NCBI GenBank assembly: GCA_965240325.2
Contig: OZ251243.1
Coordinates: 744,001 to 808,000 of the forward strand
Length of the DNA stretch: 64,000 bases
From: Rebecca billardiae RCC1528
Taxonomy: Eukaryota > Protista > Haptophyta
Direction: 5' to 3'
Shown here: positions 10,921-22,241 of the stretch, in pieces
How positions within the stretch are numbered: position 1 is the first letter of the stretch
How the letters are laid out: every line of letters begins with the position of its first letter
Translations under genes and position numbers: made by a program
Notes under the pieces: generated by a model
The model's database searches: none
What the model saw: the letters and a program-made list of their open reading frames with translations, nothing else
What the model was told of the DNA's origin: nothing

Positions 10921-13113
10921 TGGCCCGCGGTGCAGGGCGGAGCGCGCAGCGTGGAGCCCGCACCAGCGGGCCGGAACCACGTTTCAAAAAGATCTTTGAT
11001 CAAGAAAAAGGGACGCGGGGGCCGATTTTTAGGGCTGGCGGAGACCGAGTTTCGAATTTTGAGACCCTCTCTACAGATGCATCACGGAGAAAAAAACCGC
11101 GTCCACGACATTCCCCTAATCAATCGTGGACGGCCGGGCGTGAGAGTTCACTTCTGTGTGAAGTAGGACGGTTACAAGTCCAATACAAGCGTCAGCTTCT
11201 TTGCTGAGGCTATTTTTGCACGTCCTTACGGGATCAGCGAAGTAACCAACCGATATATATTGGCTTCGTCGGGGTCGTATTCACTACTGGAGAACATTTG
11301 CACCGCGCTTCGTATTCATATGTATGGTTCACGCAGGCATAAAATCGCTTCGTCGGGGTCGCCGTCGTATCCACTACTGGAGAACATCATTTGCACCGCT
11401 TCGTTTTCATACATTATAATATATATATGGTTCATGGACTGCTATACGGGGTCGAGCAGAATATCATCGATATTCATCAGGCGCACGTGTGCGTATTCAT
11501 CATCAGCCTTCGGGAATTGGGAGTAGCTATTGGCCTTTGCCCTCTGGCGAGCCAGTTGTGCGCACTTTAAGAGCAGGCCTGAGTCTCAGGCTCGAGGCCA
11601 CTTTTTTGCCGCTCACGTGGACATGATGCCGAGCACGTCTCACGAGGTGCGCGCGGCGAGTGGCGTCTGGAGCGCGCGGCTGTGGTGGGCCCCGACGGCC
11701 GTCGACATCGCGTTCGTGCCCCGCTCACTCTGAACTCCGCGCGCCCCCGCCGCCCTATCGATCGATCATCGATGCCTGCGCGCGGAATCGTGCACCGCGC
11801 GTGCCGCCCGCGACCGGCCGCGGCAGGCCCGAGCCGCCCTTTCGGGCTCTCGCAAGCACGGGGGCAGCGGCGCCTGATGGCGGACTGATCGACATCTGAG
11901 TCTCCGACTTCACCACGCGCCCCCCTCGTCATGCCTTCCCGGGGTCTCCCACGGAAGACGGACTAACCGAGCAGGCGACGGTACTGTCTGTACGCTGCCG
12001 TGACACACGGCGCCTGGGCAGCGGGCAGTGGTGGCGGGGTCCCGCGGACGTCAGTCTTCCCCTCGCGCCCTGCTCACCTCGAGTGCGCCGCCACGCGCCT
12101 CCGCACGCGTGTCCCATCGATGCGCAGAGCGGCATGCTTGCATGAAAGTTGAAATGGCTGGGTCATCAGCCCGCGCCGGCAAGTCTGTCTAGCGCTGGAC
12201 GGACGGACATAGGAGGACGAGCAGCGCGGGCGACGGTGGTGCGCGACGCTCCCAGAGCTGGCCGTGCCTCTGCGACGCGTGCCGAGCCTGACCGAGGTGT
12301 GTCACCCGGTCCACGCGCGGCGCGCGCGAAGGCACCGGTGCTGTGGCTGCTCGGCTCGAATCCGCGGCCTCGCCTCGCACCGCGGCACCGTGCTCCCTGG
12401 CTGTCAGCTCCGCGTGGCCTGGCGTGCACGTAGAGTTGCGCTCATGCGTCGATCACGCCTCGCGCCCGCCTGTCGGCCGTCGCGCAGGCGCTGGTCGAAC
12501 CCTACTCGGACCAGTGCAAATCATCTATCCCGTGGCCGCTGCCGGCGCGCGGTGACGGGACAGCGCGGTCAGCAGCAGGCGCAGCGGCCCGAACGAATCC
12601 GCGGCCCCGCACCGTGCTCCCTGGCTGTCTGCTCCGCGTGGCCTGGCGTGCACGTGGAGTCGCGCTCATGCGTCGATCACGCCTCGTCGCATCCGCCTGT
12701 ACACAATATCGGCGCCGCGGCGGCGGCTGCGACTGGGCCCGCCCGGCCCCGGGCGCCCCGGCGGCCCGGCGCGGCCGAGGCGGCGGCGCGCCGCTGGAGT
12801 CTACTGCTACAGTTTACTAAGGATAAGAGACGCACACAGCTCAGGCAGGCGAGATTGACGCCCGCCAGCTGTCACCGCCCATGAAGCCGTCGCCGATGGT
12901 AGCGCCGCCGGAAAAAAAATCGTTACATCAGTAGTTGTACGGGCATGCCAACCGTGCCATTACTGGTCTCACTCTCAGCCTCAGGTCTGTCCGAATCGGA
13001 CAATACAGTAGTGAAATTGAATAGAGTTAGACGACTGCGCGACGGAGGGTGCACCGCCACCGCGGGCCCCGAACTACGTTCGTTCTACGGAAAAGGACCG
13101 CGGAACGCGGTCA
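10921..13113 (+). mobile_element. Helitron2-like element, complete copy B (different cargo; nested MITE end at 12810-12925)
   Basis: A|TGGCCCGCGGTGCA at 10921, subterminal CACCGCGGGCC at ~13058, GACCGCGGAACGCGGTCA|T at 13113. Lies next to an (AT)n tract. 3' part shared with copy C (27578-27785 reverse). Confidence 0.8.
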
Positions 13114-13417
13114 TATTATATATATTCTACGCGCGGCGGTTGCATGATGATATTACTTATTAGCCCGCACGGTCGGATCCGGCCTGTTACGATCCGACCC
13201 CCGCCGGGCCGGCGTGGCATGTGACCCGGTCCCGTGTTCGGCGGGCCATCGTTAATATCACTTATCAGTCCCGGCGAGACGGCCACACGTGACGACCGTC
13301 GCCAATATATCAATATATATATTGATATATATATATATATATTCTGATGGCGTAGTTCTGCGCGGATTCCGAGGACGAATCGGCATCGAATTCATCCGCG
13401 CGCGCATCAGGTCCAAT

Positions 13418-15181
13418 TCAGTCGGACTCGTCGTCGTCAGAACTGCGTCGGAGTGTCGCCGGTGACCGCGGCACTCCGTGTCGCAAAGGCGACGCGCGCT
13501 GGCAAGCACTGCTTGCCACAGCGGCGCGCGCGCCCGTCGCACGCAGCCGGCTCATCGCGCCCGGCTGCGGCCACTCGCCGAGCTCTGTCTTGCACGCGTC
13601 GGCGTCTGCAGCCTGCACAGCCGCGGTGGCCGCGGCCGCGTCAAAGACAAATTGCCTGGCCGAGCCGCGGCTCCGCCGGCCGAGAGTCGACGCCTCGACG
13701 CTGCGCACAGGCGTGACGGGCTCGGCGAGCGTGTCAGCGCGGCGGCAGCTCGCGCCCAGCGCGAGGCCCTCCGCGAGCACCAGCGCGCCGATCGCCCACA
13801 CGTGCACGCCCACAGCGATCCACGTCACGTGCGGCTGGAGCAGCCAGTGGGCGTATGAGCCGCGCGTGCAGAGCGCGCGCGCCGCCTCCCACGCCGACAC
13901 CCAGAACAGGCTGAGCACGGCGAGCGCGACGCACACGCCGTGGCGCGTGCGCCACCACTCCTCGTCGGCCACCTCGGGCTCGCGAGCCGAGACTTGCCGC
14001 CCGCTCCCGGCAAACACCAGTCTGGGCGGCGTGGCCGGCGGCTGCCACCGTGCCGGCGAGCCCGCAATCTCGATGGTCGAGATCGGCGAGGCGGGAGGGC
14101 CGCGCGCGCGCTTCGCCGAGAGCGGCGGAGGCATCTCGACCCACAGCGGCGCGCGCGGCGCGCCCCGGCTGCTCGGCTCGTGCCCGTCGGAGTGCGGCCG
14201 CGCGAGGCGAGGCGCGTGGCCCGCGCGCTCGCCGATCTCGACCATCGAGATTGCGGGCTCGCCCCAAGCGTTGTGCCCTCGCGAGGTCCGCGGCGAAACT
14301 GCGCGCGCTGCGCGCTCGAGCGCGGCGGGCGAGTGCCGCAGCCGCGAGCACGCGGCAGGCGGCGGCGACGGCGCGCTGCGGCGCGGCGGGGCGGCGAGCG
14401 CGTCGCCGCTCCAGCGCGCTCCGTCGCCGCACGGCGTCAGCACGGCCGGAATCTCAGCGCCTGTTCGTCGCTCGTGCAACCCTGCCGAGGCCGCCCCACG
14501 CGGCGCTCGGCCCAATGCGTCGCGCCGCGGTCGGCGTGCCGGCCATCTCACGTCGTCCGGCGTGACGCGCGCGGCGTCCGACGCCCCCCGTGGCGGCGAC
14601 GCGCCCGCGCCGACCACGTCCGCTCCGCGTCGCAACACGAAGCGCGCACTCGGTGGCAGCGTGAGTGCGCCGAGCGTCGACCGCACCACTCGTCTGCGAT
14701 CGAGTGCGTGCTCGAGGTCGGCGGCGGCGACCGCGTCCTCGAACCAGGGCCCATCGCGAGCACCGATGGGCGATCCGGGGAGCGACGTGTGCACACGCGC
14801 GCGCGCGCTGTGTGCACGGCCGCCGCCAAACAAATGCCATCCCGCTGTCGAGAGCCGCCACGCACGTCCACTGTCGGCGCTCGTTGCGCTGGACGATATT
14901 CTCGGCGGCGTCTCGTAAAGGTGTCTATGCAGCGTGTGCGCGCGGAGTGCGCTCCGCGCGCCGCCGTCCCCTGCCGCCGCCGCCACCGCCGCCGCCGCGA
15001 GCGGCGGTGGCGGCGGTGGCGGCAGCCGGGGTAACAACGGCGGCGGCGGAGGCCGCGGCGGCACGGGTGTGCACGGAGGCGGGAGCAGAGACCGCGCGGT
15101 GCCCGGCGAGGCGGGGCGTGGCCGACGGCCACGCCCCGCGCCGGGCGCCTCGGCGGGCCCCAAACGCTCCAGCTCGTCCAT
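13418..15181 (-). CDS. Hypothetical low-complexity protein with two C-terminal transmembrane helices
   Basis: Long ORF (upstream ATG at 15331 also possible). Hydrophobic GVCVALAVLSLFWVSAW and WIAVGVHVWAIGALVLA. Divergent from the DnaJ gene. Confidence 0.5.
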   Translation of the reverse strand: MDELERLGPAEAPGAGRGRRPRPASPGTARSLLPPPCTPVPPRPPPPPLLPRLPPPPPPPLAAAAVAAAAGDGGARSALRAHTLHRHLYETPPRISSSATSADSGRAWRLSTAGWHLFGGGRAHSARARVHTSLPGSPIGARDGPWFEDAVAAADLEHALDRRRVVRSTLGALTLPPSARFVLRRGADVVGAGASPPRGASDAARVTPDDVRWPARRPRRDALGRAPRGAASAGLHERRTGAEIPAVLTPCGDGARWSGDALAAPPRRSAPSPPPAACSRLRHSPAALERAARAVSPRTSRGHNAWGEPAISMVEIGERAGHAPRLARPHSDGHEPSSRGAPRAPLWVEMPPPLSAKRARGPPASPISTIEIAGSPARWQPPATPPRLVFAGSGRQVSAREPEVADEEWWRTRHGVCVALAVLSLFWVSAWEAARALCTRGSYAHWLLQPHVTWIAVGVHVWAIGALVLAEGLALGASCRRADTLAEPVTPVRSVEASTLGRRSRGSARQFVFDAAAATAAVQAADADACKTELGEWPQPGAMSRLRATGARAAVASSACQRASPLRHGVPRSPATLRRSSDDDESD

Positions 15182-15704
15182 GCGTGCCCTAAGCCACCGA
15201 CCACATCCGGCACACCATCTCCGCCATGTTGGGATTTGGTAGCAGTTGCAGTTGCTGGTGGGAGCTGTTGCGCCGCCGGCGCGTGTGGTGGCCTTGTCCC
15301 ACGCGGGCAACCCAGCGCAACGGCTGCTCATTGATTATTTGCACCCGTGACAGTAGTATGATAGGTGCTTTTTTTAGAACCTGAAAAGGGCCAGCAAGCG
15401 TAACGCCCAGGGCGATATGAGCTTTCCAAGAATCGGCTGAAGAATCTACAGTTGGGCCAGTGGAAGATGCAAGTCGTTGGCCGGGCTTAAACAGGCAGGT
15501 ACGAATTGCGGCGCCAGGAGGATCAAAGTGGGGCTATCAGGTCGTTGATGATTTGATGTCCGACGAAACGGCGCGGTCGTGGCGAAAAAAGAGGGAGCAT
15601 AAATCCAGCCCGGAAAATCAAAAATACGATCGCTGACGTGGCGCGATCGAGACGCGAGCTGCCGCCGGAAGCGGACGGCTGCCACTGCTGGCTGACCAAC
15701 AGCA

Positions 15705-17108
15705 ATGCGCGCGCCGCGACTCGCCGGGTCGCGCGCACGCCCAGTAACGCGCGCGCCGCGACTCGCCGTCGCCGCGCTCCTCCTCTTCAGCCTCGCCACC
15801 GGCTGCGCGGCGCAGCGGCGCCGGGGGTACGGCGCCCCACCCGGCCGCGCGCCCAAGGGAGAGGACTACTACAAGATCCTCGGCGTTCCCCGCGACGCGA
15901 ACGACCGCCAAATCAAGAAGGCGTATCGCAAGCTCGCGCTGAAACACCACCCGGACAAGGCGGCGGAGAGCCAGAAGGAGAAGGCCAAGGAGCGCTTCGT
16001 GAAGATCGCGAACGCGTACGACGTGCTCAGCGACCCCGACAAGCGGCGCACATATGACCAGCTGGGCGAGGAAGGGATCAAGGCGGGCGCGAGCGCGGGC
16101 CCCGGCGGCCCCGGCGCGGGCGGCTTCGGCGGCTTCGGCGGCTTCGGCGGGGGCGGTGGCTTCCAGGGCGCGCAATTCTCGCAGGATGACGCCTTCGACA
16201 TGTTTGAGAACATCTTCGGCCACCGCGGTGGCGCGCGCGCGGGCGGTGGCGGCGGCGGCCCGCGCTTCAACTTCGGAGGGTTTGGCGGCGGCGGCGGTGG
16301 CGGCGGAGGCGCGCCCCCGCAGCCGACGATCGAGCGCGTGCCGCTCGAGCTCGGGCCGGACGGCTCGTACGGGATCTCCGTCTCGCGCACCAACCGGGTC
16401 ACCGTCATCAAGCCCGGCTCCCCCGCCGCGCGCGCCGGCCGGCTGCGCGTGGGCGACGTCATCTATGAGGTCGATGGCAAACCGCTTGGTGACCAGCGCG
16501 CATCGTCCGCGCTCGGCGGCGGGCGGAGGCGGCGGGTGCTCGGCGTGCTGTACGAGCAGCCGGAGCCCGAGCCACTCGCCGTGCGCATCACGAAGGGCGC
16601 CGACGGGCTCGGCATCCGCGTGAGCGCCGAGAATGAAATCACCCAGATCACTAAGGGCGGCCCGGCGGAGAAGCACGGCCGCCTCCGGATCGGCGACCGC
16701 GTGCTCGAGGTGAACGGGCGCTCGACGCGCGGCAAGCGGCTCTCGGCGGTGCTCGGCAACGACGGCGGCGACATCGACCTGGTGGTGATGCCGCGCGTGG
16801 CCGTGCGCCACGGCACGGGCGGCGGAAGGGGCGCCGGCGCCGGCGCGCGAGGCCTTGGCCAGGGCGCGCGGCGCGCCGGCGGCTTCCCCGGGGGTGGTAC
16901 CGGTGGCGGCGGCTTTGCGGGCGCACGGCACGCCGGGACGGGCGGTGGCGGCGGCTTCCCGCAAGGGATGGGCGGGATGGGCGGCGGCATCAACCTCGAG
17001 GACATCATGAGCGGGATGGGCATGGGCGGCGGCGGTGCTGGCACCGGCAGGCGAGGCGGCGGCCGCTCGCAGCAGATGCCCAACATGGGCAGCTTTGGTG
17101 GATTGTGA
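15705..17108 (+). CDS. Signal-peptide J-domain protein with G/F region and two PDZ domains
   Basis: DYYKILGV...[13 protein letters not shown]...AYDVLSD (J domain with HPD). G/F-rich linker. Two PDZ repeats (GSYGI...[21 protein letters not shown]; DGLGI...[21 protein letters not shown]). GM-rich tail. Confidence 0.9.
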   Translation: MRAPRLAGSRARPVTRAPRLAVAALLLFSLATGCAAQRRRGYGAPPGRAPKGEDYYKILGVPRDANDRQIKKAYRKLALKHHPDKAAESQKEKAKERFVKIANAYDVLSDPDKRRTYDQLGEEGIKAGASAGPGGPGAGGFGGFGGFGGGGGFQGAQFSQDDAFDMFENIFGHRGGARAGGGGGGPRFNFGGFGGGGGGGGGAPPQPTIERVPLELGPDGSYGISVSRTNRVTVIKPGSPAARAGRLRVGDVIYEVDGKPLGDQRASSALGGGRRRRVLGVLYEQPEPEPLAVRITKGADGLGIRVSAENEITQITKGGPAEKHGRLRIGDRVLEVNGRSTRGKRLSAVLGNDGGDIDLVVMPRVAVRHGTGGGRGAGAGARGLGQGARRAGGFPGGGTGGGGFAGARHAGTGGGGGFPQGMGGMGGGINLEDIMSGMGMGGGGAGTGRRGGGRSQQMPNMGSFGGL

Positions 17109-17449
17109 AATATAAGCAGGTTCCGAGAGACGTTACTTCCGTGTTCACTCGTCACCTGTCGTACCGTAGCAGACTTTTGCGCTGCAACGGTGTGGCTATA
17201 GCTTCAGTACGGAAGTATCAATACTAGAGTAACCGAGTCACAGTAGTCGCTTGCAGCAGTAGCTACCGCGCGCACCGATCGACACATTAACATTAACAAT
17301 TAAACATGCTGAACGAACTTCTCAGGCTAGTCGCGCTTCGACGGTCGTCGCTCGCGAGTTGTGATGTCGACGAAAAAAAACAAACTGGGGTCGGGGACAG
17401 ATCGAGATCGATTCCCGGCTTGTCGGACCAAGGGGCTTACAAATACGTA

Positions 17450-17542
17450 CAGTTTACTAAGAATAAGAGACGCACACAGCTCGGGCAGGCGAGATTGACG
17501 CCCGCCAACTGTCACCGCCCATGAAGCCGTCGCCGATGGTAG
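17450..17542 (+). mobile_element. TA|CAGTTTACTA MITE left end, continuing at 19267-19295 after a nested insertion
   Basis: Matches 12810-12925 when 17543-19273 is removed. Confidence 0.75.
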
Positions 17543-19266
17543 TAGGGGGGCCAAAGTGGCACTGTGACGTGACTGACGGCTACGAGCGCTGGTCCTAGCG
17601 AGTGTTTAGCGCTGAATTGGGGCTGGATCATATGCCCTCTGGAGGGGTCTGGGCCAGCCAAGTAAAAACATCAGGTGTACATACCCTGAATATAGGGCGT
17701 AACGGCTAGCATATTTACTTATTAGAATGAGCCTGAACTTATTGGAAACGGCATGTAACGGCTGTCGTATATGTGACATATAGACCATGTCGACTTCACT
17801 TTGATAGAGCATCTGACATCTCGGCGAGATCGTTCTGAGTCCCCAGCAGCAGCAGGTCCCAACATGCGATATAGGCTGTGTACTGGCAGGCTGTCAAACA
17901 CGTAGTTTCCCGGAAGCCACTGGTCGTTACATACCCACCGTGTATATAGACGCCATGCTGATGAATACAGTCTCGTCTGATCTCGAGCCGCGAGATACGT
18001 TTTCAGACTGTGTATACGGCCATGCGTACGGCGTATTGCAGATATAGTAGACCCGAGGCACCGGCCCCATGTCCTCAGCCCGGGAGTACTCTCGGGCATA
18101 ATCAAGGTTTAAAGTCACTCGAGCCAACCGTCACCGCTCCATGGCCGAGACCTACGAGGCAGGTCAAATCTGTCGTCGTTGCAGTGCGGCACAGTGCCGA
18201 GCATGCGATTCGGCAGCAAACGCCTGCTCCAGGTGGTGGCTGGCGTCTCTGCACCAAACCAGGCCGGATGGGATCGGTCCATATATGTACGCCCTACCCT
18301 TTTCCGCGCTATTTCTGGGCGTTGGGGCGGATATTCGGCCTACAGAGGCTGATCCGGCGCTGTTCGGCGCTCCTGTCTGGCTGCGCGGAGCCGAATGGCA
18401 AGCGCCGGCGTGTGCAAGGTGTCAAGATTGAGACGGTCTCTGACGCTCCCGCCGGTCTTGGGCGCACCAGGGTGCATTGAGGCCCATCTGCGTCTGCTTC
18501 TGCAGGCATGCGCGTCACAGGGGCGCGCTTGTAGGCACGGTCGAGTGCACATCGGACCTAACGAATGAGCCATCCGCTGCCTGCGAGCACGTCCGCGACG
18601 TCCTGAGAGGCGAATGGGAGGCGCCCCGACGCCATCTGGGGGCACGCGTGACCCATACCCAACGTGCTGACCATCGCAAGTGCCACGGCAGGTGCAAACA
18701 CGGGCCCTACGAGCGGAACATGACAGTTGCGGGCTGCGCGGAGGTGTTGCGCGCGAGCTCGCGCCGGTCTGCTGACGGCGATTCCGGCGCAGCAGGGCAG
18801 GTTAGGCGAGCTGGGCATCCACGGATACACATGCACACTTGGGGCGAGCATCGATCTCGCCGGGGCGAGTTGATCTTGAGCCACAAGGAGGGGTAGCGTG
18901 ACGGGCGTACGCAGCGCAGCAATTCAAGCCGGCCGACGCGCGCCGCGCACGGCGCGAGGTGGCCAAGAACCGGGTGGTGAGCCGCTGGTGGCGCAAAGAC
19001 AAGGGTCAGAAGCGCCCACCAGCGTCACGCGCGCGCGCTCCCGAGACCATCTCGGCGTATCATGGGACGCGAGCGCGCGGCGGTCCACTGCCTCCGGCCG
19101 CTCATGCTCGAGCGGAACCGAGCTCTGAGCGTCCGAAGGCGTCGGAGCTCGATTTTCGAGCGGGGTCCGAGAAAAAGGCTCCGCGCCACCCTAAAAGGCC
19201 GAGGGAGGAGCGAAAATGCGCCGCGGCTTTGATTTTCTTTTTTAAATGAGCGGTTTGGCCCCCCTA
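17543..19266. mobile_element. Non-autonomous hAT-like DNA transposon, 13-bp TIR, 7-bp TSD ATGGTAG
   Basis: TAGGGGGGCCAAA ... TTTGGCCCCCCTA. ATGGTAG at 17536-17542 and 19267-19273. Empty site CCG-ATGGTAG-CGCC at 12893-12906. Confidence 0.85.
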
Positions 19267-19648
19267 ATGGTAGCGCCGCCGGAAAAAATTCGTTCAGCCG
19301 TCCGCCTGCGAGGCCTGGACGAGGGCTGCGGCCGCCTCGCGGCGCGCCAGCGCCCGTCGTCCTCGCCCCACCGTCGTCCACAAAACGTCGTCGTCCGAAC
19401 TCGCCGACTGGGCGCCGATGCGACAGCGCGCCGACAGGATGAGGATGTAGTAGGGAATGTAGAGCCCATCATTTTGTAAGCCCCTTGGTCGGACCGCGAC
19501 GACGCTGCTGACCACTGTGCATCCGGACCCAAAAGGGCCGTCTCATCAAGCACTGCCATGCGACGGTTGATGCGAACTGAATTGTTTTCCCTATATGATC
19601 GTGTTGCTCACGAGGGTCGAGGGGATCCACCGGCGCTGTGCCAGCGCG

Positions 19649-21415
19649 ATGCTGCCAGGTCTCAAGACCGGCGTGTGCGCGCTCGTGCTCGCCAGCGCGG
19701 CATGGGCGGTGTCGCCGCCGCACATGTCCACGTCCGAGCGCGCGTCCTACCGCGAGCTCGCCTCGTCCATGTTCTCCGACGCATTCAGCGCGTACATGAC
19801 GCATGCTTTCCCGCACGACGAGCTGCGGCCGCTGAGCGGCACGTGGACCGATAGTCTCATCGAGCTGGGCAACGTGCCGCACCCGAAGCGCGATGGGTAC
19901 ACGGGCGTCGCGATGACGCTCATCGACGGCATGGACACGCTCGCCATCCTCGGCAACCGCACCGCATTTGCTGACGCGGTCACGTGGGTGGGCGCGCACG
20001 TGAGCTTCGATCAGGATGCTGTCGTCAGCGTCTTCGAGACGACGATCCGGCTGCTCGGCGGGCTGCTCTCGGCGCACCTGCTCGCGACAGGCGACCTCCC
20101 GGGCTTCGCGCACATGCGCGTCCCGGGCTACGTGGGCGAGCTCCTCCGCCTCGCGCGCGACCTCGCCGACCGGCTCATGCCGGCATTTGAGAGCGCGCCG
20201 CCGTCCGGTCTGCCGTACGCGTTCGTGCACCTGCAGCAGGGCGTGGTCGCGCAGCCGGTGGAGGAGCAGTGCACGGCGGGGATGGGCACGAACCTCCTCG
20301 AGCTCGCGATGCTGACCAACCTCACCGGCGACGCGCGCTACGCGCGCGCGTCCGTGCGTGCGCTCCGATCGCTCTGGGCTCGGCGCTCGGCGCAGGGGCT
20401 CCTGGGCAACACGATCAACATCCACACGGGCGCGTGGCTTAACTCGTTCGCGGGGATCGGCGCGGGCGTGGACTCGTTCTTCGAGTACCTCGCGAAGGGC
20501 GCCCTCTTCCTCTCCTCCTCCGAGCTGCGCGTCATGTGGGAGCGCGCATACGGCGCAGTCCTGCAGCACCTCAAGTCGGGCCCGCACTACCTGAACGCAG
20601 ACATGCACAACCCGGCGCGCAGGCGCGTGCCCTCGTTCGGCTCGCTGCAGGCGTTCTGGCCCGCGGTGCAGGTGCTCGTGGGCGACGTGGCGCAGGCGGA
20701 CGAGACGCACGACGAGTACATGCGCGTGTGGGACGCTTACGGGGCGATGCCCGAGACGTACGCCGTGCGGAACGGCGCGGTGCTCGCGGGCTCCGTCCCG
20801 TACCCGCTCCGGCCGGAGATGGCGGAGTCGACGCTCGCGCTGTACCGCGCGACGCGCGAGCACAAGCACCTGCACTTCGGCGCGCGTATGCTCGACTCGC
20901 TCAACCGCGTCGCGCGCGCGCCGCACGGCTTCGCCGGGCTCTCCTCCGTCGCGACGGGCGAGCAGGAGGACCACATGGCCTCGTACTTTCTCGCCGAGAC
21001 CCTCAAGTACCTCTACTTGCTCTTCGACGAGGAGAATGCGCTCCACGCGGGCATGGACGCGCGCGCCGTCGTGCTCAACACGGAGGCGCACCCGCTGCCG
21101 GTGCTCGGCGAGGACGGGCTGCCGCACGAGGTGTGGCAGGGCCTCGCGGACGATCGGCGCGAGGCGGAGGCCGCGCAGTTCTGCGCAGCGCTGCCGGAGG
21201 CGCTGCTCGACAGCGACGAGCGATATGACGAGGCCGAGGCCGACGCGGGCGCGGTGGCGGGCATGTGCGGCGGCAGCGGCGGCAGCGCACCTGACGCTGC
21301 GCCAGTGGCGACGGCGGGAGCGGCGGGAGCGGCGGCGGCGGCGGCGGCTGCGGCGGCTGCGGGGGTGGCGGCCGGGAGTGCCACCACGACTGCTACCGGC
21401 ACTCATCAGCAGTGA
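19649..21415 (+). CDS. ER degradation-enhancing alpha-mannosidase-like protein (GH47, EDEM-type)
   Basis: Signal peptide; AYMTHAFPHDELRPLS, TLIDGMDTL, VSVFETTIRLLGGLLSAH, GIGAGVDSFFEYLAK, YPLRPEMAES, MASYFLAETLKYLYLLF, NTEAHPL. Confidence 0.95.
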   Translation: MLPGLKTGVCALVLASAAWAVSPPHMSTSERASYRELASSMFSDAFSAYMTHAFPHDELRPLSGTWTDSLIELGNVPHPKRDGYTGVAMTLIDGMDTLAILGNRTAFADAVTWVGAHVSFDQDAVVSVFETTIRLLGGLLSAHLLATGDLPGFAHMRVPGYVGELLRLARDLADRLMPAFESAPPSGLPYAFVHLQQGVVAQPVEEQCTAGMGTNLLELAMLTNLTGDARYARASVRALRSLWARRSAQGLLGNTINIHTGAWLNSFAGIGAGVDSFFEYLAKGALFLSSSELRVMWERAYGAVLQHLKSGPHYLNADMHNPARRRVPSFGSLQAFWPAVQVLVGDVAQADETHDEYMRVWDAYGAMPETYAVRNGAVLAGSVPYPLRPEMAESTLALYRATREHKHLHFGARMLDSLNRVARAPHGFAGLSSVATGEQEDHMASYFLAETLKYLYLLFDEENALHAGMDARAVVLNTEAHPLPVLGEDGLPHEVWQGLADDRREAEAAQFCAALPEALLDSDERYDEAEADAGAVAGMCGGSGGSAPDAAPVATAGAAGAAAAAAAAAAAGVAAGSATTTATGTHQQ

Positions 21416-22241
21416 CAGACCCCTGGGGTCGGGCGTGGCCCGTGGAACGCCGTGGAATAAGCGCGTTTAATAAAATACTTTACGACTACCCCTGATGAGA
21501 CTGCTGCTGTGTCTTTGCTATCAGTGACGATGCGCGCCGAGCGGCATGTGCGAGTACGCGAAGAAGCCGAAGGCGAGGGCGATCGCACTCGCGCCGACCA
21601 CCTCGCGCAGCACGACCAGCGATCGACGAAGCCCTTCCCTTCCCACCCGTCCGTCCGGTAGCCGCACAGCACGCGGCTCTGCCACTCGCGGTGGCGCGCG
21701 ACGATGGCCGCCGCGATGAGCAGGCGGCCGAGGCCGATCGTGCCCGTGATGTGGGGCAGCGAGATGGCCGCGCCTGGCCAGGCGTAGTCACGTTGCCACG
21801 TAGTGGACGCGGACGCTGCTCGGCTGCAGAGAGGCCAGCAGCAATGCCGACAGGATGACGGCATACAGCGCGCCGAGCGCGCGGTGCAGGCGCTCGCCCA
21901 TCGCGATCGCCGATGGACGGGCAAAGCGTGTGTAGACCAATTCTATGATTTAAAGACACAGGCACGAGGGCGCAGCTCTCCTGATTCGTCTGTCGAAGTA
22001 CTGAATGGAGTTATATCAGTTAATGGAGGATGTCGGAGCGCGTTGTCAATGTCAGCCGCGCGGGTGAGGGAGTCGTCGTAACCGCCGATGCTGATCACAC
22101 GGTCACTGAGGTAGTAGGCGCCCGGGGATGCCAGACCAAGGGTGGCAACGAAGGCCGCCAATAATTCATCATCGACTTTCCGGCTTGCAAACTGTTGTTT
22201 ACCGGTGCCGCCGTCCGTGGCGTCGTCGTCGTCATCACGCG

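Noticed and set aside
12340-12385. tRNA/B-box-like GGCTCGAATCC
   Set aside because: No cloverleaf or A box could be built; it lies in element B cargo.
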